A stretch of 63,752 bases of DNA, counting the filler, from Octopus bimaculoides (Eukaryota), in assembly GCF_001194135.2 (NCBI RefSeq). It is 9 parts of 9 records of this genome, joined end to end, with 100 filler letters (N's around TTAATTAATTAA, not from the genome) between each part and the next. Parts side by side here need not be neighbours in the genome. Positions count along the whole stretch, not along the records: positions 12,102 to 15,880 come from NC_069002.1; positions 15,981 to 24,116 come from NC_068985.1; positions 24,217 to 35,614 come from NC_068982.1; 6 more parts are not named here. The stretch is one strand, 5' to 3'. A model generated the notes under the pieces. That model had not been told where the DNA came from. It saw nothing but the letters and a program-made list of their open reading frames with translations, and ran no database searches. How positions within the stretch are numbered: the stretch's first letter is position 1; the number at the start of each line of letters is the position of its first letter. Below, piece after piece: positions 13,921-28,867 of the stretch. A program made the position numbers and the translations under genes.

Positions 13921-15007
13921 TAAGAAAAAAATATACAAGATACCCACGGATGGCACGGATAACGGGTGGCCAAAGATGTTGTTGAAAAGACGATGAATAC
14001 GTATGGGGGCTTGTACCAAGTCAGCTGCGAGACATCGGGGTTGTGGTGTGTCAATTGCTCGGAGAAGAAAGACGTCGCTCAAAATTTGGTAAATAAATTA
14101 TCTAGACAGATGTTTTGACAAGAGGCAGGGGTCCGATTCTCCCGAAGTGCGCTCGTTCATCAATCTCTATGTGCTCTGTGCACTGTTGTTGCTTCATAAT
14201 TACTGGCCCTTTACTAAGTTCACTCAGCCTTTTCGACGGATCTTCATCTCTTTTTTTTTTTTAGTTTTTGAGGGTTTTTTTTTGTTGATGTTGTTTTTCT
14301 GTCCTGTTGAGTTTCTAAGTAACCCTTCTTACCAGGGTAACGTGATGGGTGTGTCGTTTTACTTGCCGAGGACCTGACCACGAAACAGGTTGCACTGAAT
14401 TATACTAGCAGACACACAAACACACATAACACACATACACAGACGCACACCACAATCACATACACGTATACATGTTCATATACATACACACACAAACATA
14501 ACACTTATATATACATACGTACGTGCATAAATGCACACACTCACACACACCTGTTGGAATATTATTGTAAAGCCATCGTCGCCACCACCACAACCACCAC
14601 CAGTGCTGCTACAACAACCACCCCTACTCACCGTCACCACTCCACCATCGTCACCACTCCACCATCGTCACTACAGCCACCACCACCACCATCACCACCA
14701 CCAATTAACAACCACCATCACCATCACTACCACCACTACCACCACCACCCCGATCACTGTCATCATCACCGCCGCCACAACCAACACCACCACCACCGCC
14801 ACCACTACATGTTGATGTTGTGTTCATTTAGCCTAAGTCCACCTAGTTCAAGTAGATTTATGACCAAGCACTTTCCATCCAATGACCATCGAGTGTCCTG
14901 AACGACATCAGATAATATAATCCTTCTTCCGTGATTTTGACTGCTATTTCTAACTGCATACGTGTTGATACAACTAGTAGTAGTAGTAGTAGTAGTAGTA
15001 GTAATAA

Positions 15008-15038
<31 letters not shown>

Positions 15039-15229
15039 GGTGGTGGTGGTGGTGGTGGCGGTGGTGGTGATAGTGGTGGTGGTGGTGGTGGTGGTGGTAG
15101 CCAAGTGTTTATATAAAATAAATGAAATTAATAACNNNNNNNNNNNNNNNNNNNNNNNNNNNNNNNNNNNNCTAACTGCATACGTGTTGATACAACTAGT
15201 AGTAGTAGTAGTAGTAGTAGTAGTAATAA

Positions 15230-15260
<31 letters not shown>

Positions 15261-15813
15261 GGTGGTGGTGGTGGTGGTGGCGGTGGTGGTGATAGTGGTG
15301 GTGGTGGTGGTGGTGGTGGTAGCCAAGTGTTTATATAAAATAAATGAAATTAATAACGAAAAATTATATACACTTGTGAAATTACACAACATACACACAC
15401 AGACAGACGCGCACACATACACATGCACACACATACACACACACACATATACACATATATGTATATGTATATATATATTCACACACATACATATATGAAT
15501 GTAAATATAAATATATACAAATATGTATATACAGATGTACATATAAATAAACATACAAACACATGCACAAACAAACGTCTCTCTCGCTCTCTCTCTCTCT
15601 CCCTCAATATGTCTACGTGTGTATCACACACGTATACACACACACACACACGCGCGCACACACATCAATACACAGACGCATGCGCAAAGTTACATAGCCT
15701 CCACCTCCATATACATACACAAATATGTCTGTATATGTGTATGTGTATAGGTATGTGTGTACATATGTATGTATATATGTATGTGTGTGTATGTATGTGT
15801 GTGTATGTACGTA

Positions 15814-15880
<67 letters not shown>

Positions 15881-15980
15881 NNNNNNNNNNNNNNNNNNNN
15901 NNNNNNNNNNNNNNNNNNNNNNNNTTAATTAATTAANNNNNNNNNNNNNNNNNNNNNNNNNNNNNNNNNNNNNNNNNNNN

Positions 15981-16021
<41 letters not shown>

Positions 16022-16054
16022 GTTCAACTTATCCATCTATCTATCTGTCCATCC

Positions 16055-16121
<67 letters not shown>

Positions 16122-16122
16122 C

Positions 16123-16160
<38 letters not shown>

Positions 16161-16391
16161 GTATCTATCGATATGTATGTATGCATGTATGTGTGAATTT
16201 CTCTCTCTCACTCTCTCTCTCTCACCAAGATATGTGACAGATTACTGTACTTGAGAAGATCCAGGCACCACAAGAGGATTGAAATCCTAAAATCAAGGTG
16301 CCATCTAAAAAGTACCCAGTATATTCTGTAAAGTAGTTTGGTCTAAAAAGGGTATCCAGCCACAGAAATCGAGCCAAAACAGATCATGGAA

Positions 16392-16469
16392 CCTGGCGTT
16401 GCCCCTGGCGTTGCCCCTGGCGTTGCCCCTGGCGTTGCCCCTGGCGTTGCCCCTGGCGTTGCCCCTGGC
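16392..16469. repeat. 12-bp tandem repeat CCTGGCGTTGCC x6.5
   Basis: Direct reading; explains the LALP/ARGN pseudo-ORFs. Confidence 0.95.
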
Positions 16470-17625
16470 CTTGTTAGTTCCTTTCAAGCCATCCAGCCCA
16501 TACCAACATGGAAAACGAATGTTAAATGTTGCTGATGATGAGGATGAGGGTGTACATATAAAGGGAAAGAATGAGAGAGATAGAGAGAGCGAGAGAGAAA
16601 GAGGGAGGATCGAGAGAGAAATTCTCGTAAAACTTAAGGAATCTCAATCTCTGACTTGCAGAGAAATCCTCACCATGAGTGGGAACACACAAACAGAAAT
16701 ATTCCATTCCTAGTCACCCATAATCCTAAAAACCCCAACATTTTATTTTTGGTGAAACAATAAATTCTGCTCTTAATATCAAATTTAAAATATTTGAAGA
16801 GTCAGATGTTAATAACAGCTGTAGGGCAACCACCAAATGTTAAAAGATTTTTCAAAGGATGAAATTTACATAAGAGATGAATTAATGTAGGTAACAAACC
16901 ATAAAGTCCCTCACTGTCAGATGTTTCAATTAAATGGACATAGTAAAACAAAATCGAAAAATGGGAAAGAAATTGAAGGTGAATGCAGGTATAATCTGCC
17001 AAATGAAAATTATTATTTACTGCTTCATACATTCACATTGCAATGAAAATTAGATAAGAAACACAGGTTAGAAATTAATAGACTGGGTCAGGATTCATAA
17101 GCAAGACATCAATGATCCTAACTACGTATCTGTTTGAAATATTTCCCAAAGTGAACATCATAATATTTTTGCACATAAAAAATTCAAAATCATCCCTTTT
17201 CTCAAAAGAATAGCAAAAGAAAAAAAAATCATTTATAGAAGAATAAAGAAGAATGCATAATAATAATAAAAAATCCCAAACCAAATCTGAAATCACGAAG
17301 AACTCTTCTAAAAACTACTTGCAAATAAATTACCTTACATGTGTGTTTGAGGAACTGAAAACAGACAAAAGTGCTTACATAAAAGCTTTCTTCCATAAGG
17401 TCTGTAATTAGTTTTTATTTTCCCCAGATTATTAAACAACATAATAAAAATTTATTTTTTTAAATATGACTATATCAAGAAAATTTTATAAAAGATTTTA
17501 TTAAAATTTTATTAAAATTTTCTGAAATATATATATATATGTGTGTGTGTGTCTTTCCATATATGTATATATATATATGCACACACACACACACACACAT
17601 ATATAAATATTTATGCACATATATA

Positions 17626-17685
<60 letters not shown>

Positions 17686-17875
17686 ATCACCAAACCTGGA
17701 CCATAACTATGGTCTATCCATACCACTTACTCAGCATTACCTGACACCTTTGGGTTTTCTTGACACCATTACCTCTCATAACCTCCATAGCCTTGGTTTA
17801 TTTTATTATGAAAAAATTTTTTTTATATATACATTGATATATGTGTACATACACACGTACATAATACATACTTGC

Positions 17876-17953
<78 letters not shown>

Positions 17954-18451
17954 ATGTATGTATGTATGTATGAATAAAGGTCCTGTCATATATGAGGGAG
18001 GGAAAAAAAGTGTAAATTATCGTCAGCCAAGAAACTATCAAACACAGTGAACTGGTTCAGTGTTTATATACAACTTTCTCCCACTTATTAGTCGATGTTT
18101 TTTCATATTTTCCTTAGTCTTTGGCTTGTTATTGTGCTCTTTTATTTTAGCTTTGGTTTCGCGATTCTTTTGGCTTCTTATTCTGATTCTTTTGCTTGGA
18201 ATATGACAATTTAGTCATTGTTAAAATTTATAAATTTAGAAATTGTTCAACATTGTCATGTTTTTATATTAAAACAATTATTGTTTGCATCTCTCACATT
18301 CTTTCAAACCCACAAACACATAAACAAACCTTCTCTCTATTTCTTTGTGTTTGTCTTTTCCGTCCATCTTTCTCTTTACCTCCATCTCTCATTCTTTGAG
18401 TTTCATGTAACCTTGTAACTAATACAAGTGCACACACCCACACATACACAC

Positions 18452-18484
<33 letters not shown>

Positions 18485-18809
18485 GAGCATACAATCAGAA
18501 ATTCCCAGACTTACACATACACATATTCACACAAATATACACCCTAACACTTGGCAAATTCATGTTTACACATAGAAAACGCACATTTTGCTCTCAAACA
18601 ATAAGTGAGAAAAATAAATTTCAAATTAAATAGAAAATAAAGAAAAAATGTTTGTCTCACTTACACAAAACATAAAATTCAAAAACAAAAAAAATGCAGT
18701 AAACAACAACATCAACAAAAATAACAATAAAAATAATGTTTAAAAATGTTAATATTAATAATAAAAAATAGCAGAAATAAAAAAAAAATCAACAACAACA
18801 CTAATAGTG

Positions 18810-18893
<84 letters not shown>

Positions 18894-19219
18894 GCAGCAA
18901 CAATTATAATAACAAGAAAAAGAATTGAAGGAAATAAAAAACAAAAAAGATGTTGGGAAATATTGATTTTGATTTCTGTCTGCAAAATAAAGAAATAAAA
19001 AGTGAAAGATAAAAAGAATTCACTAAATTAACACACACATACACACGCAAACAAAGAAACAAACACACATACATACGCACACATGCATGCACACACTCAT
19101 ACACAAACAAGTGTTCATATACACATACATACACAATGATACGTAAATACAACTATCATAAAAAAATCACTTGAAAATCAAATGAGTTCACATACAAATA
19201 TATATACATATACATATAC

Positions 19220-19337
<118 letters not shown>

Positions 19338-20135
19338 AAGTGTATGTGTGTGTGTGTGTGTGTGTGTGATATGGTATGTTCTTTGTCTCGATATAACTTT
19401 TTACCTGTTAATCAGGCGTACATTGAAGTGTAAGTCCATGTGGTACCTTCATCAGCGGAAGTGCAAAGAGCATTATAAATGTGCTTGCACAGAAGCCTAA
19501 GATGTACGGAAATGACTGAAATACCACAAACAAATAATTTCTATTTTTTATGAAGCTTAACACAATTAGAATTCTATTTGGAATTTTCTGGATGAAAGTA
19601 TCACAAACTGTGGATTTTAAATTCCCTATATTATAAATATATATTGATTACCATTAATATATACAGTTTGTAGGGACAGAATATTATCTATCCCTCCCAT
19701 CATCCATCTGGCCATCCATATGTGTGTGTGTGCATATGTGTGTATGTGCATGTGTGTATGTGCATGTGTGTGGGTATGTGTATATGTGCAGGCATGGCAC
19801 CTTTTTCTAGTGATTTGTACTGTAGTCTCAGGAGAACCAAAGCCTTGAGAGCGAATTTGGTTGACGAACACTAAAACCTCATTTTATAAAGCTTTTACTT
19901 GTTCCATTCAACAGACTGTGGCCATGTCTTGAAGTATTTCAGATCAATGAAGAGCTGCCAGTACATTTTAAAAGATTTCTTTAAACCTGGCACTTATTTT
20001 ATCGCTCGTTTTTGCTCAGCCACTAAGTTATGTTGATGTGAGCACATCAACAGTAGCTGTTGAGCAGCTACAGGGGACAAATACAGACACAAAGGCACAC
20101 TCACACGAACACACACGACCCCCCACACACACACA

Positions 20136-20173
<38 letters not shown>

Positions 20174-20259
20174 TACATATATATACGTACATACACACAC
20201 ATATATGTACATACATACACACACATATACGTACATACATACACACACATATATATACG

Positions 20260-20313
<54 letters not shown>

Positions 20314-20495
20314 NNNNNNNNNNNNNNNNNNNNNNNNNNNNNNNNNNNNNNNNNNNNNNNNNNNNNNNNNNNNNNNNNNNNNNNNNNNNNNNNNNNNNNN
20401 NNNNNNNNNNNNNNNNNNNNNNNNNNNNNNNNNNNNNNNNNNNNNNNNNNNNNNNNNNNNNNNNNNNNNNNNNNNNNNNNNNNNNNNNNNNNNNN

Positions 20496-20537
<42 letters not shown>

Positions 20538-22717
20538 TACATACATATAAAATCCAGGGATCTAGGTGTAGGAAAAAAGTTAACTAAAATTCGATGCAAT
20601 CATCATTAGGCAACTCCATCTGTTTTTTTATATATGACCCTGATTGTATATTATACACATTGTGTATAATATATATCATTCATAGTAGTGTTAGAGAAAA
20701 CTGAAGTTGAATGTATTGTGACGATCCGTGTAATGAAGGCTTGATATGTTATTTACATTTTTATAATTCTCTTCTGAGGTGCCTCAATTCCTCTGATATT
20801 TTGTTTGGTATTTTAATGAATAGAAGGAGGATAATACTTAGATCTTTGAGCCAGTAAGTCCTAAGATTCAATGAACTTGTGCCATGAGCCATAGTAACTT
20901 CATTGTTGATGTATTGGAGCAGAGATTTTCGTGAACAATTGCTCTAACATTTCCATTATTGTTAGACTCTGTGAGCGGTTTTTTTCCTATTTAATCCTTA
21001 TTTTCAAAGCTGATGAGGTCAAAGTCTTTCTTGTTTAGCAGTAAATTGTTGTCGTGCTTCACCAATTGACTGGCAGCATCTCTGTTAAATCGACATTTTA
21101 TCTACTCATTTGATCCTTCAATGATCTTTATGAAACTGAAGTCATTTTGTGAAATTTTCATGACATTCCTTCAGGGCTTAAGAATGGCCGTTGGGCATGT
21201 TTCTGAATAGGGTCTGTTGATTTCATTCCTTTCTCCTATCACATGTGATGCACGAAACTTTATTTCAAGGATGACAAATTAGGGATACCTTTACTGATAC
21301 CATTAAAGTCATCTTTAGTTAGGATCGCTAAATAATAATTAACTTAGCCTGTGCTTGTTAATTAACATGTCTTGGTAGCTTGTTCCATAATTTTACTAAT
21401 TGTTTCATGTAGCTGTATGTAGATGTAGGTACCCACTCAACCCTCTCATCTTTGTCTTACCTGCACACCAGAGACGTGATACCTGGGGATGAGATGGAGG
21501 GGGGGAGAAGGCTGTACCAGTACCCAGTTGTTGTTCATTTTCAACTGAGTATCCTGGAGCAGCATGTACGGATGTATCTTGTGCAAAACACATTTTGTTT
21601 GTGCAATGGTGAGTCAACTGTATTTTGCAGCATGGATAGGGAACTATTTTCAGCAAAAAATTATTTTGAAAATTACCCCATGTCTTTCATGCATGCTGTG
21701 AAATTTTTTAGGGTCAACTGAAATCATGAAGTCCTCCACTTACAAAGACAATTTATTACACTGCATTTGCAATTGCAAACAGCTGTCCTTGCAGTCAAGT
21801 GGTGCTTATCAATGTGTTGCGAATCATTGATGGCAGTTGCAGCCAGATATCAGTAGCAGCTGGATGGTCAGCAGTGATGTGTCTAATACAGTCTCCATGG
21901 TGTATGGCATGGATAATTTCAGAAGGGTTAAAGTGAAAAGCATAGTTTTGTGTACGACAGTAATACCTGGTAGTAAGCCACAAGAGAGGAAACCATTGTC
22001 TGGGGATTTCACTTCATGAGGTGTATCAGTGCTTGCCAATTTTTTCCAGTAGTAGAACTGCCAGATACTGCCGAGTCACGTGGGCAGACCAATGGTAAAA
22101 CAGAAAATTTTTTTTATTAGAATAATATTTCCAAAATCAGCTTGTGTCTCTTGAGATGCAATGTCTACCTTATGTCAAAAAATACTGTAACCATTTCTTT
22201 TCAACTATTGTATTGGGGTGTGATTCCATAATATATTGGTAACTATGTCTGCAAAGCAACTATGAATTTAATTCCCAGAGTTTGTGTAAAAGACCAGACC
22301 ATAAATCATAGCTCATGCATCTATTTCTCAATCTGTTTGCTTTGAGCAAATCCATATTGTCAAATAGATGCAGTGGAATAAGTGTGTCCGGTTTAACTTT
22401 AGGATGCTGGATTTTAAGTTTACTACATGCTATGTGTAGTGGTCTGAGTTAAGAGTTTCTTCAAATAAGATATTGTGGAAGGTAAGAGAGGGGTTGCTGA
22501 ACACAAGGTGGACTAGAATCAAGTGCAGATTGTGACAGGTAATATATAAAAAATAATATACATACATACATGCATAAATATCAGCTAACTCACATATATG
22601 TAAATGGCATAAATTTTCTGTAAAGAAATCATTTCTGATCAATCTCTGAAAGGAGATGAAAATCCTACATAATTATCCAAAATTCTAACTACCTATATTT
22701 TCTTAATATATATATAT

Positions 22718-22878
22718 ATGTGCGGGCGACACATGACATGTGCGGGCGACACATGACATGTGCGGGCGACACATGACATGTGCGGGCGACACATGACATG
22801 TGCGGGCGACACATGAAATCTTTCGAGCGGGATCGTTGCCAGTGCCCCTGGACTGGTTCATGTGCGGGCGACACATGA
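22718..22878. repeat. 20-bp tandem repeat ATGTGCGGGCGACACATGAC (5 units plus 1 dispersed)
   Basis: Units at 22718, 22738, 22758, 22778 and 22798 (last ends GAA), plus one at 22860; abuts an 851-N gap. Confidence 0.92.
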
Positions 22879-23741
22879 TATCTTTCGTGCNNNNNNNNNN
22901 NNNNNNNNNNNNNNNNNNNNNNNNNNNNNNNNNNNNNNNNNNNNNNNNNNNNNNNNNNNNNNNNNNNNNNNNNNNNNNNNNNNNNNNNNNNNNNNNNNNN
23001 NNNNNNNNNNNNNNNNNNNNNNNNNNNNNNNNNNNNNNNNNNNNNNNNNNNNNNNNNNNNNNNNNNNNNNNNNNNNNNNNNNNNNNNNNNNNNNNNNNNN
23101 NNNNNNNNNNNNNNNNNNNNNNNNNNNNNNNNNNNNNNNNNNNNNNNNNNNNNNNNNNNNNNNNNNNNNNNNNNNNNNNNNNNNNNNNNNNNNNNNNNNN
23201 NNNNNNNNNNNNNNNNNNNNNNNNNNNNNNNNNNNNNNNNNNNNNNNNNNNNNNNNNNNNNNNNNNNNNNNNNNNNNNNNNNNNNNNNNNNNNNNNNNNN
23301 NNNNNNNNNNNNNNNNNNNNNNNNNNNNNNNNNNNNNNNNNNNNNNNNNNNNNNNNNNNNNNNNNNNNNNNNNNNNNNNNNNNNNNNNNNNNNNNNNNNN
23401 NNNNNNNNNNNNNNNNNNNNNNNNNNNNNNNNNNNNNNNNNNNNNNNNNNNNNNNNNNNNNNNNNNNNNNNNNNNNNNNNNNNNNNNNNNNNNNNNNNNN
23501 NNNNNNNNNNNNNNNNNNNNNNNNNNNNNNNNNNNNNNNNNNNNNNNNNNNNNNNNNNNNNNNNNNNNNNNNNNNNNNNNNNNNNNNNNNNNNNNNNNNN
23601 NNNNNNNNNNNNNNNNNNNNNNNNNNNNNNNNNNNNNNNNNNNNNNNNNNNNNNNNNNNNNNNNNNNNNNNNNNNNNNNNNNNNNNNNNNNNNNNNNNNN
23701 NNNNNNNNNNNNNNNNNNNNNNNNNNNNNNNNNNNNNNNNN

Positions 23742-23782
<41 letters not shown>

Positions 23783-23978
23783 TGATCGAAACACCTGTAA
23801 GCAGTTGATTTAGCAAGTGGGTCCTCATCTCAGTGAGTAGGGCTGTTGTGTAATACTGCCATCATGAGGAAGGCCTCAAAATGATATCCTTTCTCTCCTG
23901 ATAACCATATAAACTTGTTAGCATCCAGTATGCAGAGGTTTCAACTCGTAACACTTGCATCTGAAAATTCTTTGCAAG

Positions 23979-24021
<43 letters not shown>

Positions 24022-24309
24022 CAAAAAAGGTTAGAGGATAAGAAAGATTAACTTTCTCACCAAGTTTCAACATGCTTATGCCAGGCAGCAAATATATACA
24101 TATATATATATTAATANNNNNNNNNNNNNNNNNNNNNNNNNNNNNNNNNNNNNNNNNNNNTTAATTAATTAANNNNNNNNNNNNNNNNNNNNNNNNNNNN
24201 NNNNNNNNNNNNNNNNCTTTGTTACCTAAATGTAAAATAAAACCAAGCTATTGATAGATTTTGAAGTGCTTGGCATCTTATAGGATGGTGATGGTGGTTG
24301 TGATAGAGG

Positions 24310-24342
<33 letters not shown>

Positions 24343-25527
24343 CGACGACGACGACGACGACGACGACGATGATGATGATGATGATGATGAAGGAGATATG
24401 AGGATGTATAGGTCATATTGTGAGGTGTTGTGGGGTTTAGAGTAGTAAAAAGTCTCATTGATCCATAATTTGGGGGTTCTGCAATGTTAAAAAGATTAAA
24501 AACCTTCCGTTCTAGATCATTATATTTTGATAATTTTTCAACCTTTTACCAAATTATATTCTTGTTACTCGATGAAGAAAAATTCATATAACCACCTTTG
24601 ATAAATAATTCTGCTTTAGTTTGTTTTCTACTTTCCTATCAGTCTGCATATGTAAACCATTATACGTAAGTGACACTTTTAGTTAAGTCTTAATATCAGC
24701 TGTTTGTCTGTCAACTCAGTCATGTTTTACATGTATCACAACCGAATGGACTATCGGATACTGTTATACACAGCAAGTCACAGTCCGCTTCCTCGTATTG
24801 TTGTAGTTTGGATTGATGCCACCCTGCTGGCAAAAGAGGTAGGCCAGCATTTCTCCCATAAACGCAGCGCCGGATCGTTACAGAGTTACTCATTTATAAG
24901 CTGGATGACTTGCAGGAAGGTGATCTGACGTGTTTTGCTCACGGTCACGTGAGTGCAACATCTTAACCACGAGGTCATGTGCCTTCACATGTTCAATATA
25001 ATTTGGTAAAAACTTGACAATGTTGGGCAATGTGATATAGAATTTTCTAATACGCACTGCATGTTGGGTCTTTTTTGTGCTTCTTTTTAGTTAAGTTCTT
25101 ATATGTGAATTCTAATATTCGTCTATAAAGCTGCCTAATTTTTAAACCGGCACTGTTAAGCTATTTTTGGCTTCTTACTACATTTATCTTAGTACTATAC
25201 AGATGAAGGACTAGTTTGCCATTTCTACTTAGCAACTACCATGTCCGTTTGTTTAACACAGTCATTTTCAATGGTTTTTATTTTATTTTATTTTATTTTC
25301 AGTTGGTATGCCGTTTTTTTTGTACTAATTACTTCCTTATCTATAGAAAAAAACCCAGTTTTGTTCTTATCGTCCTTTCTAATTAATTAGCAGAAATATT
25401 TCTCTATTTTTTATGAAGTATTTATAAGTCTTTTTCCAATGCATAAGGAAGTATGTTCTGCTTAATTTGTATTTAGAGTTGTGTTAATTTATAAGTGATA
25501 TCATTGTTATTATTATTTTACACGTCA

Positions 25528-25650
25528 TTACGTTCTGAGTTCATATTCCGCCGAGGTTGACTTTGCCTTTCATCCTTTCGGGATCGATAAATTAATTACC
25601 AGTTGCGTACTGGGGTCGATCTAATCGACTGGTCCCCTCCCCCGAAACGT
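25528..25650 (+). mobile_element. Partial SINE family A
   Basis: TTACGTTCTGAGTTCATATTCCGCCGAGGTTGACTTTGCCTTTCATCCTTTCGGGATCGATAAA. Confidence 0.8.
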
Positions 25651-26278
25651 TGTGTTAACAAGATGAGGACAAATATCCGTCAAATTTAAATAATGTAAAT
25701 AATGGCGTTTCCATGTTGGCTCCAATTAGCATCAAATATAAATCAGCGTGGCTTGTATACGAGTAAACGCGGTATTTCGCTGTCTTCATTCCTTTGTGAG
25801 CAAAATTGTCAAAAAAAGAAAATATTTGAATAATGAAAAACAATTTCCAGAAACATGCAGACATGGCTTCNNNNNNNNNNNNNNNNNNNNNNNNNNNNNN
25901 NNNNNNNNNNNNNNNNNNNNNNNNNNNNNNNNNNNNNNNNNNNNNNNNNNNNNNNNNNNNNNNNNNNNNNNNNNNNNNNNNNNNNNNNNNNNNNNNNNNN
26001 NNNNNNNNNNNNNNNNNNNNNNNNNNNNNNNNNNNNNNNNNNNNNNNNNNNNNNNNNNNNNNNNNNNNNNNNNNNNNNNNNNNNNNNNNNNNNNNNNNNN
26101 NNNNNNNNNNNNNNNNNNNNNNNNNNNNNNNNNNNNNNNNNNNNNNNNNNNNNNNNNNNNNNNNNNNNNNNNNNNNNNNNNNNNNNNNNNNNNNNNNNNN
26201 NNNNNNNNNNNNNNNNNNNNNNNNNNNNNNNNNNNNNNNNNNNNNNNNNNNNNNNNNNNNNNNNNNNNNNNNNNNNNN

Positions 26279-26585
26279 TGAGTGTTTATTGAGCGAAAAC
26301 ACCTAAAGCTCCACGAGGCTCCGGCAGGGGATGGTGGCGAACCCTGCTGTACTCTTCCACCACAACTTTCTCTCACTCTTTCTTCCTGTTTCTGTTGTAC
26401 CTGTATTTCAAAGGGCCAGCCTTGTCACACTGTGTCACGCTGAATATCCCCGAGAACTACGTTAAGGGTACACGTGTCTGTGGAGTGCTCAGCGACTTGC
26501 ACGTTAATTTCACGAGCAGGCTGTTCCGTTGATCGGATCAACTGGAACCCTCGACGTCGTAAGCGACGGAGTGCCAACAACAACA
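26279..26585 (+). mobile_element. SINE family D copy (5' end lost in N gap), CAA tail
   Basis: High similarity to the reverse complement of 2931-3235. Confidence 0.85.
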
Positions 26586-27253
26586 AAACAGCGCGGAACT
26601 TCTGACCTCGCAATTAGTAAAACTTAAGTAGTTCTTATTTTTAAAAACCTTTTTCCTTAATGGACATGCTTTAAATACTAGAAATGTAGTTACAGCACGA
26701 AATAGGTATTGAAAGAACTATAAAACGGACAGGAATGTCACAAACAGAGACATCATTAAATACTGTTACAGCCAGAACAAATGATTACATTTTATTTTGA
26801 CAGAATTAACCAACAGTGATAACAGACTGTAAGCAACTAATGACAGAGATTAGTCAATTCTATATAAGAAGTAGATAAGTTATGTAACAAAAACCTATTC
26901 ACTAAAGCTATACAAGGTCAGAAAGATCGTAATATCCACTTTTGTAAGAGTATTTAATTTCCCCCAACATTCTCGTTTTTAATAGGTGTTAAGCATTTTA
27001 ATTGTATTGATTTGAGAAATATTTTCACAACACAAAACTAGACTAAACGTGCTCATTTGTAATGTCTTTAAGAAAGAAAAACGTTACGCGCTTGCACACA
27101 CACACACACACACACACACGCAACAAATATGCATAAGACTTACCTACAACTAAACTAATCCTTGAAGGGAATATAAAAAAAATTGTTAATGATAGGAATG
27201 CTGTAGAAAAGAATCCACAGACAGACACATTGTCCCGTGACGAAGCCATGCAT

Positions 27254-27290
<37 letters not shown>

Positions 27291-27357
27291 CACTACTACT
27301 CCCACTACTACTCCTTCTACTACTACTACTACTACTAATACTAATTATAATAATTAT

Positions 27358-27805
27358 GGTTTCAAATTTTGCGACAAGGGCAGCAATTTTGGAGGAGTGG
27401 ATAAGTCGATTTGATCGATCCTAGTGTTCAACTGGCACTTATTTTATCGACCCCGAAAGGATGAAAAGCAATGTCGACCTCGGCGTAATTTGAACTCAGG
27501 ACGTAAAGCCGGACGAAATGCCGCAAAGCATTTTGCCCGGCATGCTAACGATTCGGCCAGTTCTCCGCCTTTAATAATAATAATGATGATAATCCTTTCT
27601 ATTGGCGGCACAAGGCCTCAAATTTGGGGCGCGGGGACTAGTCGATTACATCGAACCCTGTATTTCACTAGTACTTAATTTATCGACTCCGAAAGGACGA
27701 AAGACAGAGTCGACATTGGCGGAATTTAAACTCAGAACGTAGCGGCAGACGAAATACCGCTAAACATTTCGCCCGGTGTGTTGACGATTCTGCCAGCTCA
27801 CCGCC

Positions 27806-27864
<59 letters not shown>

Positions 27865-28084
27865 TATTATTATTATTTCAAATTTTTGCCACAAGGACAG
27901 CTTGGGGGAGGTGGGGATGAGTCGATTACATCGACCCCAGTGTTCAACTGGTACTTATTTTATCGACCCTGATAAGATGAAATGTAAAGTCGACATCGCC
28001 GAAATTTGAACTCAGAACGTATAGGCAAACGAAATACCACTAAGTTTTCGCCCGGCGTGCTAACGATTCTGCCAGCTCGTCGCC

Positions 28085-28086
<2 letters not shown>
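27358..28086 (-). mobile_element. Three head-to-tail SINE family A copies joined by TAA microsatellites
   Basis: Copies at about 27358-27571, 27594-27807 and 27876-28086, each with the TTATCGAC..C.GA.AGGA.GAAA core. Confidence 0.88.
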
Positions 28087-28155
<69 letters not shown>

Positions 28156-28867
28156 CTTTTATCTTTTACTTTTTTCAATCATTACACCGCGGCCATGCTG
28201 GGGCATCGCCTTGAAGAATTTTTAACTGAATGAATCGACCCCAGTACATGTTCTTTTAGTCTGGTTTTTATTCTATCGATTTCTTTTGCCGAACCACTAA
28301 TGTTACGAGAGCGTAAACACCAACACCGGATCAAGCGGTGGTGGGAACACAAAGACACATACGCATATATACATGCACACACACACATACATGCACGACA
28401 GGCTTCTTTCAGTTTCCATTGAGGATGTAATCTAGGAATAAACCTAACACAATAAAGTACCATGTATTGTACAAATATTACATAGAAAGCTTTCAACTAA
28501 ATATTGCACAGAGCTGCACTTGGTAATGCAATAGATACATGCAATACAGAAAAATATTTATATTAATCACTTTATCGACCAGACTATCGGATGTTTTTTA
28601 TATACCGCTGTTCACAGTGTGCTTCCTCACATTGTTGCAGCTTCCAAATGATGCTAACCTGCTGGTGGACAGGCCAACATTACCCCTAAACGAAACTCCA
28701 GTCCATCGCAGGGTTATCCATTTACAGCTGAGTGGACTGGAGCAACATGAAATGAAGCGTCTTGCTCAAGAGTAAACACACCGCATCTCTGGGAATGGAA
28801 ACCACAATCTTACAATCATGAGTGCAACATCCCCAACCACTAGGCTATGCGCAATCAATTAATATTG

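Noticed and set aside
14950-15357. Identical 186-bp direct duplication (14950-15135 and 15172-15357)
   Set aside because: Perfect identity, including microsatellite lengths, on both sides of a 36-N gap indicates an unmerged contig overlap.
16399-16713. 104-aa ORF MPLALPLALP...
   Set aside because: Produced by the 12-bp tandem repeat and (GA)n tract within a dispersed repeat.
22718-22878. CRISPR-like palindromic repeats
   Set aside because: Units are contiguous without unique spacers, there are no cas genes, and the context is eukaryotic.
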